Assembly (NCBI GenBank): GCA_964589485.1
Contig: CAZPRK010000001.1
Span: 127,272-159,271, forward strand
Direction: 5' to 3'
DNA length: 32,000 bases
Source: an uncultured Methanosarcinales archaeon
GTDB lineage: Archaea; Nanobdellota; Nanobdellia; Woesearchaeales; CAYSVS01
The first letter of the stretch is position 1. Each line of letters begins with the position of its first letter. Below are positions 24,569 through 32,000 of this stretch, piece by piece. Below the pieces are notes generated by a model. It was not told the origin of the DNA and searched no databases. It worked only from the letters and a program-made list of their open reading frames with translations. The translations under genes and the position numbers were made by a program.

Positions 24569-26761
24569 ATGATTAAAAATTTTAAGCCTAGACTTTATCA
24601 GGAAACTATTTTTGCAACTGCTATTAATCATAATACTTTGGTTGTTTTACCTACTGGTATGGGAAAAACAGCAATTGCTATGATGATGGCTGCCCAAAGA
24701 TTAAAACAATATGATGGTTCTAAAATTTTAGTATTAGCTCCAACGAAGCCTTTAGTAGAACAAATAATGCAAGTTTTTAGAAATAATTTATCTTTAGAAG
24801 AAATTGAAATGTTTACTGGGCAAGTTACTTCAGATAAAAGGCAAGAACTTTGGAAAAAAAGTAAAATTATAATTAGTACGCCCCAATCTATTGAAAATGA
24901 TTTAATAAATAAGCGCATATCTTTAACAGATGTAAGTTTACTTGTTTTTGATGAATGTCATAGAGCAGTAAAAGATTATTCTTATGTATGGGTTGCAAAA
25001 CAATATGAACAACAAGCTCAACGTGCAAAAATACTTGGATTAACTGCTTCTCCTGGAAGTGACTTAGAAGTAATTAATGAAGTATGCCAAAATTTGTTTA
25101 TTGAAGAAATCGAAATTAGAACAGATAAAGATTCAGATGTGAAAGAATATGTTCAAGATGTAGATGTTCAATGGGAAAAAGTAGTTTTACCTTTAGAATT
25201 TAAACAAATTCAACAATTTTTAAAAGATTGTGTGAAAACAAAAATTATAGAACTTAGAAAGTTAGATGTCATAAATAATATTTCTATGGAATCTTCTAAA
25301 AAAGAATTATTGGGAATGCAAGCTCAACTTAGGTTTGAGATTAGTCAAGGAGATAAATCTTTAGCAGCTTTACGATCTATAAGTTTAATGGCAGAAATTA
25401 TGAAAGTTCAACATGGTTTGGAATTAATTGAAACCCAAGGTGTAACTGCGTTAAATGAATATCTTGATAAAATACATAAAGAATCATATACTACAAAAAC
25501 AAAAGCAACAATTAATTTAGCTAAAGATATAAATTTTAAAAGTGCTTTAATTAGATCAAAAACTTTAATTGAAAAAGAAATAGAACATCCTAAATTAGAT
25601 AAACTTAAAAGTATTATTTCTGATGAGTATAATAATAATCCTAATGTGAAAATTATTGTTTTTAATCAATATAGGGGAAGTGCAAAAAAAATAGTTGAAG
25701 AACTTAACACTTTAGAAAATATTACTTCTAAATTATTTGTAGGTCAGGCAAAAAAAGTAGGTAGTGGATTAACTCAAAAAAAACAAATTGAAATGTTGAA
25801 TGATTTTCGGGAAAATAAATTTAATATTTTAGTAAGTAGTAGCGTTGGAGAGGAAGGATTAGATATTCCTCAAGTAAATTTAGTTATTTTTTTTGAACCT
25901 ATTCCTAGTGCAGTTAGAAGTATTCAAAGAAGGGGAAGAACAGGAAGACTTAGTGAAGGAAAGGTAATTGTTTTACTTGCACAAGGAACGCGAGATGAAG
26001 CCTACAGATGGAGTGCTTTTCATAAAGAAAATAAAATGTATAGGAATTTAGAATTATTAAAAAAAACTTTTAAACTTCAACAATTTAAAAAACAAGTAAC
26101 TTTAACTGAATATATTTACGATGGATTAAATATTCATGTTGATTATAGAGAAAAAGGTTCTAAAATTATTAAAGATTTAATTGAAAATGGTTGTAATGTT
26201 AAACTAGAAAAACTTGAAGTTGGAGATTATGTTTTGAGTGATAATTGTGCAATTGAATATAAAACTCAAAATGATTTTGTTTCTTCTTTATTAGATGGAA
26301 GGTTAATGGAACAATTAAGTCAAATGAAAAGTAATTATTCTAAATCTTTGGTTATTGTTGAAGGTCATGAGGAAATTTATAAAATTAAAAATATTCATCC
26401 TAATGCAATTAGAGGAATGTTGGCATCTATAGCTGTAGGTTATGGAATTCCTATTCTTTTTACTAAAGATTACAAAGAAAGTTCAGCTATGATTGCAATG
26501 ATTGCTAAGCGAGAACAAAAAGAGAGTAAAGAATTTAGTGTCCATGGATCAAATAAACCAAAAACGTGGCGTGAACAACAAGAGTATGTAATAAGTTCAC
26601 TTCCTGGGATAGGTTTAACTTTAGCAAGGCCTCTTTTGGAAAAGTTTGGAAGTGTTAAAGCAATTGTAAATGCTGATATTAAAGATTTGAAGGAAATTGA
26701 AAAAATAGGCGATATTAAGGCAAGAATGTTAAAAGAATTAGTTGATAAAGAATATAACTAA
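24569..26761 (+). CDS. hef: Hef: SF2 helicase fused to an ERCC4/XPF nuclease and an HhH2 domain
   Basis: The track ORF starts at a TTG (24566); the ATG is at 24569. The helicase motifs are LPTGMGKT, DECH, TASPG and QRRGRTGR. The nuclease region reads VDYRE...GDYV...EYKTQNDF. The C-terminal HhH2 reads LPGIGLTLARPLLEKFGS...IEKIGDIKA. Confidence 0.9.
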   Translation: MIKNFKPRLYQETIFATAINHNTLVVLPTGMGKTAIAMMMAAQRLKQYDGSKILVLAPTKPLVEQIMQVFRNNLSLEEIEMFTGQVTSDKRQELWKKSKIIISTPQSIENDLINKRISLTDVSLLVFDECHRAVKDYSYVWVAKQYEQQAQRAKILGLTASPGSDLEVINEVCQNLFIEEIEIRTDKDSDVKEYVQDVDVQWEKVVLPLEFKQIQQFLKDCVKTKIIELRKLDVINNISMESSKKELLGMQAQLRFEISQGDKSLAALRSISLMAEIMKVQHGLELIETQGVTALNEYLDKIHKESYTTKTKATINLAKDINFKSALIRSKTLIEKEIEHPKLDKLKSIISDEYNNNPNVKIIVFNQYRGSAKKIVEELNTLENITSKLFVGQAKKVGSGLTQKKQIEMLNDFRENKFNILVSSSVGEEGLDIPQVNLVIFFEPIPSAVRSIQRRGRTGRLSEGKVIVLLAQGTRDEAYRWSAFHKENKMYRNLELLKKTFKLQQFKKQVTLTEYIYDGLNIHVDYREKGSKIIKDLIENGCNVKLEKLEVGDYVLSDNCAIEYKTQNDFVSSLLDGRLMEQLSQMKSNYSKSLVIVEGHEEIYKIKNIHPNAIRGMLASIAVGYGIPILFTKDYKESSAMIAMIAKREQKESKEFSVHGSNKPKTWREQQEYVISSLPGIGLTLARPLLEKFGSVKAIVNADIKDLKEIEKIGDIKARMLKELVDKEYN

Positions 26762-27606
26762 ACATTCATTTCTTTTAATTTTTTAATTCTATCATCTAAA
26801 GGTGGATGCGTGCTTAATAATTTCATTATATTTTTTCCACTAAAAGGGTTATTAATAAACAATGCGCTAGTAGCTTCACTTCCAAATCTCATGGGATGTA
26901 TTTTATTTCCTGATTTTAGTTTCTCTAAAGCACTTGCTAAACCATGTGCATTATGTAACATTTTAGCTCCTGTTTCATCTGCAAGATATTCTCTGCTTCT
27001 AGATAAAGAAAGTTGAAGTAAAGTTGCCATTAGTGGAGTAACAATAGCTAAAGCTAAAAATTCAATTAAACCGTTATTATCTCGATCTCCTCGCATTCCT
27101 CCAAATATGGCAGCCCATCTTGCCATCATTGCAACATAAGATATAACTCCTGCCATTGTAGCTGCAATTGTGGTTACTAATGTATCTCTATTTTTAACAT
27201 GACTTAATTCATGTGCAGTTACTCCTTTTAATTCTGAATTATTTAATAAATTAATTATTCCTGTTGTAAATGCAATGGCTGCATTTTCTGGATTTCTTCC
27301 TGTAGCGAATGCATTTGGGTTTTCACTAGGGATTAAATATATTTTTGGCATTGGCATATTTGCTAAATGTACAATTTCTCTCACCATTTTGAAAATATCA
27401 GGATGTTCTTTTTCAGTTACTGGTTGTGCTTTATACATTGCCAACACTATTTTATCACTAAACCAATAACTTCCAAAATTGAATATAATTGCAAATATTA
27501 ATGCTATAGTTAACCCAGACATTCCGCCTACTAGATTACCTACCCATAACAATAGTCCAGTTAAAAGACCTAATATGAATACAGTTTTTATTTGATTATT
27601 GATCAT
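26758..27606 (-). CDS. htpX: HtpX-type M48 zinc metalloprotease (membrane protein quality control)
   Basis: Contains HELSHVKNRD (HExxH) and the downstream REYLADE glutamate. It has four hydrophobic segments and a C-terminal STHPPLDDRI. Confidence 0.9.
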   Translation of the reverse strand: MINNQIKTVFILGLLTGLLLWVGNLVGGMSGLTIALIFAIIFNFGSYWFSDKIVLAMYKAQPVTEKEHPDIFKMVREIVHLANMPMPKIYLIPSENPNAFATGRNPENAAIAFTTGIINLLNNSELKGVTAHELSHVKNRDTLVTTIAATMAGVISYVAMMARWAAIFGGMRGDRDNNGLIEFLALAIVTPLMATLLQLSLSRSREYLADETGAKMLHNAHGLASALEKLKSGNKIHPMRFGSEATSALFINNPFSGKNIMKLLSTHPPLDDRIKKLKEMNV

Positions 27607-27684
27607 TTTACTTAATAATTTATTATTGTTTAAAAATATATCTTTTTAGAAACAAATAAATATTATGTTTGTTTTGTTTTGATA

Positions 27685-28707
27685 ATGTTTAATTTTTTTA
27701 GATCAACTTCATATAAGCTTAAAAGAAGAATTAAAGCAATTTATCGTTTATATAGAATTAGAGCTAAAAGTGATAAAAAAACTGCCATTTTTTTAAAGGA
27801 TTTTTCAAAAAGTATGAAAGATAGAGTTAATTTATTTAATAATAAATATAAAAAAAAGAGAATTTTGGATAAAAAATATATTGAAGATTTTATGCCGAAG
27901 TTAGCAAAGTTAGAACAGGAAATAAAAAAAACAAAAGATAATGTTGAATTGAATGCATTATTAAGAGCAAAAGAAATACTTTTTTTTGAAGAAAAAGAAA
28001 AACTGGAAAAAATAATTGGAAAAGATGGTCTTCTTCTTTTAGCAGAAAATAGACCTGAACCATCGCTTCGAAGATTAATTTGGGAGATGAAACAAGCTTG
28101 TGATGATTTTAAGCAATATAGAAAGAAAATAAAAAATCTAATTTTAAATTTAGATGCCTCTTTTTTACCTATTAATATAGCAAAAAGGTTCATTAAATCA
28201 ATTGATTTGGCTGCAAGTATGAATGAAAAAGTAACTTATCTTTTGGAATTGCTTGATAAAAATTTTAAAAATCAATCTAAATTATTAACAGAAGAAAATT
28301 ATTATGGTTATTTTGAATCTTTAAACAAGGAAAAATCTTATTTTTTAAACTTAGAAAAAATATCTGAAAATTATGAAAACGCTTTCAGGGATTTGATGGA
28401 TTATTCTGTAATAAAAATGAACAGGGGTTTATTGCGTTTAGGAGTATTAAGTGCATTAACTATTGCGCATTTTCCATTTGTATTTTCTTTGGGTTTATCG
28501 CCAGGTATGTTATTAACTCCTTTAATGGCAGATGCTGGTTTTTATGCTGGATCAAAATTTGTTTCTAAAGATGCGAAATTAACTATACAAAATATGGGAG
28601 AATCTATTCCTCCAAATAAAGATATAGAAACTTATACTAAAAAGTTTAATGATGTAATTATAAAAGCGGATAGTTTTTTATCTAAAGTATTAAGGCAAAA
28701 CTTTTAA
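27685..28707 (+). CDS. Hypothetical protein (about 340 aa): basic N-terminus, long coiled-coil region, C-terminal hydrophobic hairpin
   Basis: The track ORF starts at a TTG (27679); the first ATG is at 27685. It carries a hydrophobic stretch, LLRLGVLSALTIAHFPFVFSLGLSPGMLLTPLMADAGFYAG. I do not recognise the family. It lies 24 nt upstream of the primase gene. Confidence 0.55.
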   Translation: MFNFFRSTSYKLKRRIKAIYRLYRIRAKSDKKTAIFLKDFSKSMKDRVNLFNNKYKKKRILDKKYIEDFMPKLAKLEQEIKKTKDNVELNALLRAKEILFFEEKEKLEKIIGKDGLLLLAENRPEPSLRRLIWEMKQACDDFKQYRKKIKNLILNLDASFLPINIAKRFIKSIDLAASMNEKVTYLLELLDKNFKNQSKLLTEENYYGYFESLNKEKSYFLNLEKISENYENAFRDLMDYSVIKMNRGLLRLGVLSALTIAHFPFVFSLGLSPGMLLTPLMADAGFYAGSKFVSKDAKLTIQNMGESIPPNKDIETYTKKFNDVIIKADSFLSKVLRQNF

Positions 28708-28731
28708 CATAAGCTAGTTTCCTTTATTTTT

Positions 28732-30024
28732 ATGTCTAAATATATTGAAGTTGATAAAAATAAAGTACTTAAACATTATTCTAGAAAAGAAGTTCAAGAA
28801 GAAATTCTTAGATGTAGCACTGATAAAGAAGTAGTTGGGAGTTATGGTGGTAAGGGTTATGCTAAACGTCCAGATACTTTGATGTATGCGGGAGATGTTT
28901 TAGAATTAGTTAAGCAAGGAATTACTAGTTTTCATTTTTCTGAGGAAACTTGGCAAAATCCTCTTTCTATAGATCCATTAATGAAAAAAAATGAAATTGA
29001 AAATTTAAGAATAGGTTGGGATTTAATTTTAGATATAGATTGTGATGAATTAGAATATAGTGCAATGGCTGCGCATTTGCTAATTCAAGCATTGAAGTAT
29101 CACGAAATAGAAAATATTAGTGTGAAATTTTCAGGAAATCATGGTTTTCATATTGCAGTTCCATTTGAATCTTTTCCTGAATATATTAATGATATGGAGG
29201 TAAGAAAGTTATTTCCTGAAGCTCCAAGACGAATTGCTCTTTATTTGAAGGAAATGATACGTGAACATTTAACTAACATGTTACAGAAAGATTCTTTAGA
29301 AGAAATGGCAAAAAAAAGTAATAATCCTGAATTATTGCAAAAAGAAAAATTTGATCCTTTTGATGTATTGGAAGTTGATACAATTTTAATTTCATCTAGG
29401 CATTTATTAAGGCATGTATTTTCATTTAATGAGAAATCTGGTTTGGTTAGTATACCTATAACTTCTGAAGAGGTTTTGGGTTTTAAGAAAGATAGATCCT
29501 TACCAGAAAATATTACTGATTTTTCAACTAAGTTCTTAGATAGAACTAAATCTAAGAAAGGTGAAGCAAATCATTTATTTGTTCAAGCTTTTGATTTTAA
29601 ACCTCAAATTGAAGATGAGTTTAAACAATTAGTTGAATCTAAAAAAGAATATGAAATTCCTGAAGAAGCTATTCCTGAAGAATACTTTCCTCCTTGTATA
29701 AAAAAAATATTTTTAGGTTTAACTGATGGTAAAAAAAGAGCATTATTCATATTAATTAATTTTTTAAGGTGTGTTGGTTGGAGTTATGAACAAATTGAAG
29801 ATAGATTAAAAGAATGGAATAAAGTAAATCCTGAGCAATTAAGAGAAACTATTTTGTTGGGCCAAATACGGTACCATAAACAACAGAAAAAAAATATAAT
29901 GCCGCCTAATTGTACAAGTTCATATTATAAGGATTTACAAATTTGTTTTCCTGATAATTTATGTAATAAAATTAAAAATCCTATTCAATATTCTAGAAGA
30001 AAAACTTTTTTTAAGAAGCCTTAA
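28732..30024 (+). CDS. Single-chain archaeo-eukaryotic primase: PriS catalytic domain fused to a PriL C-terminal Fe-S-type domain
   Basis: The AEP motifs are I WDLILDIDCD (DxD), II FSGNHGFHIAVP (SGxxGxH), and III VDTILISSRHLLRHVFSFNEKSG. The C-terminal roughly 110 aa, PPC-IKKIF...KRALFILINFLRCVGWSYEQIEDRL...PPNC-x10-C-x5-C...NPIQY, resembles the 4-Cys PriL-CTD. Confidence 0.8.
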   Translation: MSKYIEVDKNKVLKHYSRKEVQEEILRCSTDKEVVGSYGGKGYAKRPDTLMYAGDVLELVKQGITSFHFSEETWQNPLSIDPLMKKNEIENLRIGWDLILDIDCDELEYSAMAAHLLIQALKYHEIENISVKFSGNHGFHIAVPFESFPEYINDMEVRKLFPEAPRRIALYLKEMIREHLTNMLQKDSLEEMAKKSNNPELLQKEKFDPFDVLEVDTILISSRHLLRHVFSFNEKSGLVSIPITSEEVLGFKKDRSLPENITDFSTKFLDRTKSKKGEANHLFVQAFDFKPQIEDEFKQLVESKKEYEIPEEAIPEEYFPPCIKKIFLGLTDGKKRALFILINFLRCVGWSYEQIEDRLKEWNKVNPEQLRETILLGQIRYHKQQKKNIMPPNCTSSYYKDLQICFPDNLCNKIKNPIQYSRRKTFFKKP

Positions 30025-30652
30025 AATCGATTATTTTTGTTTCAATTTCATTATTGCCTGAGTCGTAAAATACTATTTTTAACTTTTTGTTCTGTGTAAT
30101 GTCGCTGAAACTTTCTCCGCCCCAATTTTGAGTTTTTTCATAAATGGTACCTGATTTGATTGTACTTAATTCAACTGTTTGATCAGGTGTGTCTCTTGGT
30201 TGACTTCCTATATTATATATAAATACATTATATTTTAAAGTTAAATCTTTTAATCCGTTTTCAACTTTTAGTTTAAATTCATCTAATTTTGCCCAATTTT
30301 CTCCTTTAATTGTAGTTTTAATATTAGATATAGTAAATACTCTTCTGCCTGCAACTACTTTTGGAGTGTTATCTATAATTGGTTTAGGGGTTGCGACAAC
30401 TATTTCTTTTATTGCTGGTTCTTCTTCAACTACTGGTTCTTCGATTACTTTCTCTGGTTCTTTTTCAATAACTGGTTCTAATTCAATTGGCTCTGGAATT
30501 ATTTCTTCAGCTATGACATTACCTGTTACTTGATTGTTTCCAGATATGATTGAATTTTGCCAAAATACAACTCCTGACAAACCTATAATTATTAGTAGAA
30601 ATATTAATCTTTCAATGTGTTTTAATTTGAATTTAATTACTAATTCATCCAT
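30011..30652 (-). CDS. Membrane-anchored surface protein (213 aa) with a Pro/Glu-rich repeat linker
   Basis: Contains an N-terminal TM segment LIFLLIIIGLSGVVFW, the linker EEIIPEPIELEPVIEKEPEKVIEEPVVEEEPAIKE, and a C-terminal beta-rich domain of about 120 aa. Its 3' end overlaps the primase 3' end by 14 nt. Confidence 0.6.
   Translation of the reverse strand: MDELVIKFKLKHIERLIFLLIIIGLSGVVFWQNSIISGNNQVTGNVIAEEIIPEPIELEPVIEKEPEKVIEEPVVEEEPAIKEIVVATPKPIIDNTPKVVAGRRVFTISNIKTTIKGENWAKLDEFKLKVENGLKDLTLKYNVFIYNIGSQPRDTPDQTVELSTIKSGTIYEKTQNWGGESFSDITQNKKLKIVFYDSGNNEIETKIIDFKAS
30415..30500 (-). repeat. Imperfect in-frame tandem repeat (period 18-21 nt) encoding the (E-P-V/I-x-E-x) linker
   Basis: CTGGTTCT recurs at 30415, 30433, 30454 and 30472, giving spacings of 18, 21 and 18 nt. 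A degenerate copy lies near 30491. Confidence 0.5.
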
Positions 30653-30714
30653 AGTAATTACGAGTGAAATAATAACTTATTTATATTTTTTTTGATTTTA
30701 TATTTGTAAACCAT

Positions 30715-30727
30715 AAGCTTTATAAAT
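30715..30727 (+). promoter_or_regulatory. Candidate BRE/TATA AAGCTTTATAAAT for the ribosomal protein operon
   Basis: This is the same motif as upstream of top6B and hef. It lies about 145 nt upstream of the rpl3 ATG, implying a roughly 120-nt leader. A GTGAT Shine-Dalgarno-like match lies 4-8 nt before the ATG. Confidence 0.3.
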
Positions 30728-30757
30728 CAAATCAAATTTCTTTGAAAAAAGAGAAAT

Positions 30758-30811
30758 GGTATTAAAGTAATATTAATACCGATATTAACAGCCTGAAAAA
30801 AGCTTTTTCAG
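30758..30811 (+). promoter_or_regulatory. Two adjacent perfect 8-bp hairpins in the putative rpl3 leader
   Basis: The first is GGTATTAA(30758-65)/TTAATACC(30773-80) with a 7-nt loop. The second is CTGAAAAA(30793-800)/TTTTTCAG(30804-11) with a 3-nt loop. Both were read directly. Confidence 0.3.
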
Positions 30812-30870
30812 TACAATTAATAATTGATTGTTTCTAATTGAAATTGCTTAATAAATAGGTTAGTGATAAA

Positions 30871-31833
30871 ATGCCTACAAGAAAAAATCCAAGATACGGA
30901 ACTATGCAATTTTGGCCAAGAAAAAGAGCCAAGAAAGAGACTGGTTTAGTTAGATCTTGGGCTGAAAGTAAAGAAGTTCTTCCTTTAGGGTTTGCTGGAT
31001 ATAAAGCAGGGATGATGCATTTAGTTGTTACAGATAATAGTTCTAAAAGTAAAAATAAAGGTCAAGATTTACAAATCCCAGTTACTGTAGTAGAATGTCC
31101 ACCTATGAAGGTTATCGGTATAAGATATTATAAAAATACTACATATGGTTTGAAAGTTGTTGGAGATACTATGACTGAAAATTTTGATAAAAATGTAAAT
31201 CTAACAAAACCCAAAAAGAAACAAGATGATAAAAATATTGAATTTGATGAATTGCATTTAGTTGTTCATACTCAACCAAGTTTAACAGGGATAGGTAAGA
31301 AAAAATCAGATATTTTTGAATTAGCTGTTGGTGGGTCAAAAGAAGAAAAACAAACTTATGCAAAAGAAATTTTAGGAAAAGAACTTAAAATAAATGATGT
31401 GTTTAAAGAAGGTCAACAAGTTGATATACATGCAGTTACTCGTGGAAAAGGTTTTCAAGGAGTTGTAAAAAAGCATGGTGTTTCTATAAAGCAACATAAA
31501 TCAGAAAAAGGTAAAAGAACAGCTTCACCTTCTGGTTCTTGGAATAGAGAAAATCAAACAATGTGGAGAAATCCTCGTCCTGGTAAAATGGGTTATTGGT
31601 TAAGAACACATTATAATCAACAAATAATTAAAATTGGAGATGCTCCTGAGGAAATTAAACCTTCTGCTGGAATTAAACATTTCGGTTTCTTAAAAAACTC
31701 GTATGTTTTTGTAAAAGGAAGTATTCCTGGTCCTAAAAAAAGAATTGTAAGATTTAATCATGCAATTAGACCTAGTAAAAAAATACCTGGTCAATCACCT
31801 GAGATAATCTATTCTCACCTTGAGGGTATGTAA
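30871..31833 (+). CDS. rpl3: Large-subunit ribosomal protein uL3
   Basis: Contains FAGYKAGMMH, VTRGKGFQGVVKKHG and W-x-x-PRPGKMGY. It is followed 1 nt later by uL4, the canonical operon order. Confidence 0.93.
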   Translation: MPTRKNPRYGTMQFWPRKRAKKETGLVRSWAESKEVLPLGFAGYKAGMMHLVVTDNSSKSKNKGQDLQIPVTVVECPPMKVIGIRYYKNTTYGLKVVGDTMTENFDKNVNLTKPKKKQDDKNIEFDELHLVVHTQPSLTGIGKKKSDIFELAVGGSKEEKQTYAKEILGKELKINDVFKEGQQVDIHAVTRGKGFQGVVKKHGVSIKQHKSEKGKRTASPSGSWNRENQTMWRNPRPGKMGYWLRTHYNQQIIKIGDAPEEIKPSAGIKHFGFLKNSYVFVKGSIPGPKKRIVRFNHAIRPSKKIPGQSPEIIYSHLEGM

Positions 31834-31834
31834 A

Positions 31835-32000
31835 ATGAAATTAAAAATACTATCAACTCAAAATGCAGAAAAAGGGTCAATAGACTTACCACCTCAGTTT
31901 TTAGAAGTGCCGAGACAAGATTTAGTTAAACGTGCTGTTTTAACAATTCAAAGTAATTCAAGACAAAAATATGGAACAAACCCTGATGCTGGAAAAAGAC
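31835..32000 (+). CDS. rpl4: Large-subunit ribosomal protein uL4, N-terminal 55 codons (runs off the window)
   Basis: Not in the ORF track because it has no stop in the window. ATG 31835 translates to MKLKILSTQNAEKGSIDLPPQFLEVPRQDLVKRAVLTIQSNSRQKYGTNPDAGKR, which matches the archaeal uL4 N-terminal pattern (...RAVL...SN-RQ-YG..P-AGKR). Confidence 0.85.
   Translation, partial: MKLKILSTQNAEKGSIDLPPQFLEVPRQDLVKRAVLTIQSNSRQKYGTNPDAGKR

Noticed and set aside
24628-24918. 96-aa minus-strand ORF inside hef, and the similar 24132-24350 ORF inside the 226-aa gene
   Set aside because: They are antisense shadow ORFs. The hef frame carries helicase motifs I and II across the same nucleotides.
26810-27469. 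Plus-strand ORFs 26810-27016 and 27275-27469 inside htpX, and 31169-31363 inside rpl3
   Set aside because: They are shadow ORFs of strongly supported genes (HExxH protease, uL3).
27741-28193. 150-aa minus-strand ORF inside the 342-aa gene
   Set aside because: It lies entirely antisense to a K/E-rich coding region. Its translation is a low-complexity F/S/L-rich string, typical of the shadow frame of AAA/GAA-rich genes. It has no independent promoter space.
1-32000. CRISPR arrays, IS elements, integrases, prophage or plasmid modules, toxin-antitoxin pairs, and inteins in RFC, RtcB, Topo VI or Hef
   Set aside because: I found no regularly spaced direct repeats and no transposase, integrase or recombinase motifs. 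I also found no inverted terminal repeats and no small adjacent two-gene TA-like pairs. All candidate intein hosts have normal lengths and uninterrupted motifs.

Overview
Strongly AT-rich (about 30% G+C by eye, not computed) and extremely gene-dense archaeal chromosome segment. It most resembles a small-genome DPANN-type archaeon. The archaeal markers are Topo VI A/B, RFC small subunit, Hef, archaeal-type TyrRS, RtcB plus archease, a single-chain PriS-PriL primase, and the uL3/uL4 start of the ribosomal protein operon. I call 34 protein genes (2 partial) and 2 tRNAs, Arg-UCU and Cys-GCA. I see no rRNA, CRISPR array, transposase, integrase or prophage signature. All seven convergent gene junctions have abutting or overlapping stop codons, so non-coding DNA is confined to eight short divergent promoter regions (76-218 nt). 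Several accessory blocks interrupt the housekeeping backbone. (i) 15781-21380 is a roughly 5.6 kb run of exported proteins: a membrane-anchored PDZ-less HtrA-type protease, a protein with a pilin-like signal and a cadherin-like domain, an 838-aa secreted protein with a bacterial-type peptidoglycan-binding module and an unassignable C-terminal domain, and a convergent 367-aa orphan. This is my best candidate for an undescribed cell-surface or host-contact system. (ii) 7177-9076 holds two tandem paralogous lipoproteins with six conserved cysteines each. (iii) 21457-23795 is a tightly coupled operon of a TraB/Tiki-family protein, a site-2-protease homologue with a destroyed HExxH motif, a small 4-TM protein and an MBL-fold hydrolase. 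(iv) Several orphan genes. All functional calls rest on motifs and remembered family signatures read from the translations. No database search, HMM search or structure prediction was possible.
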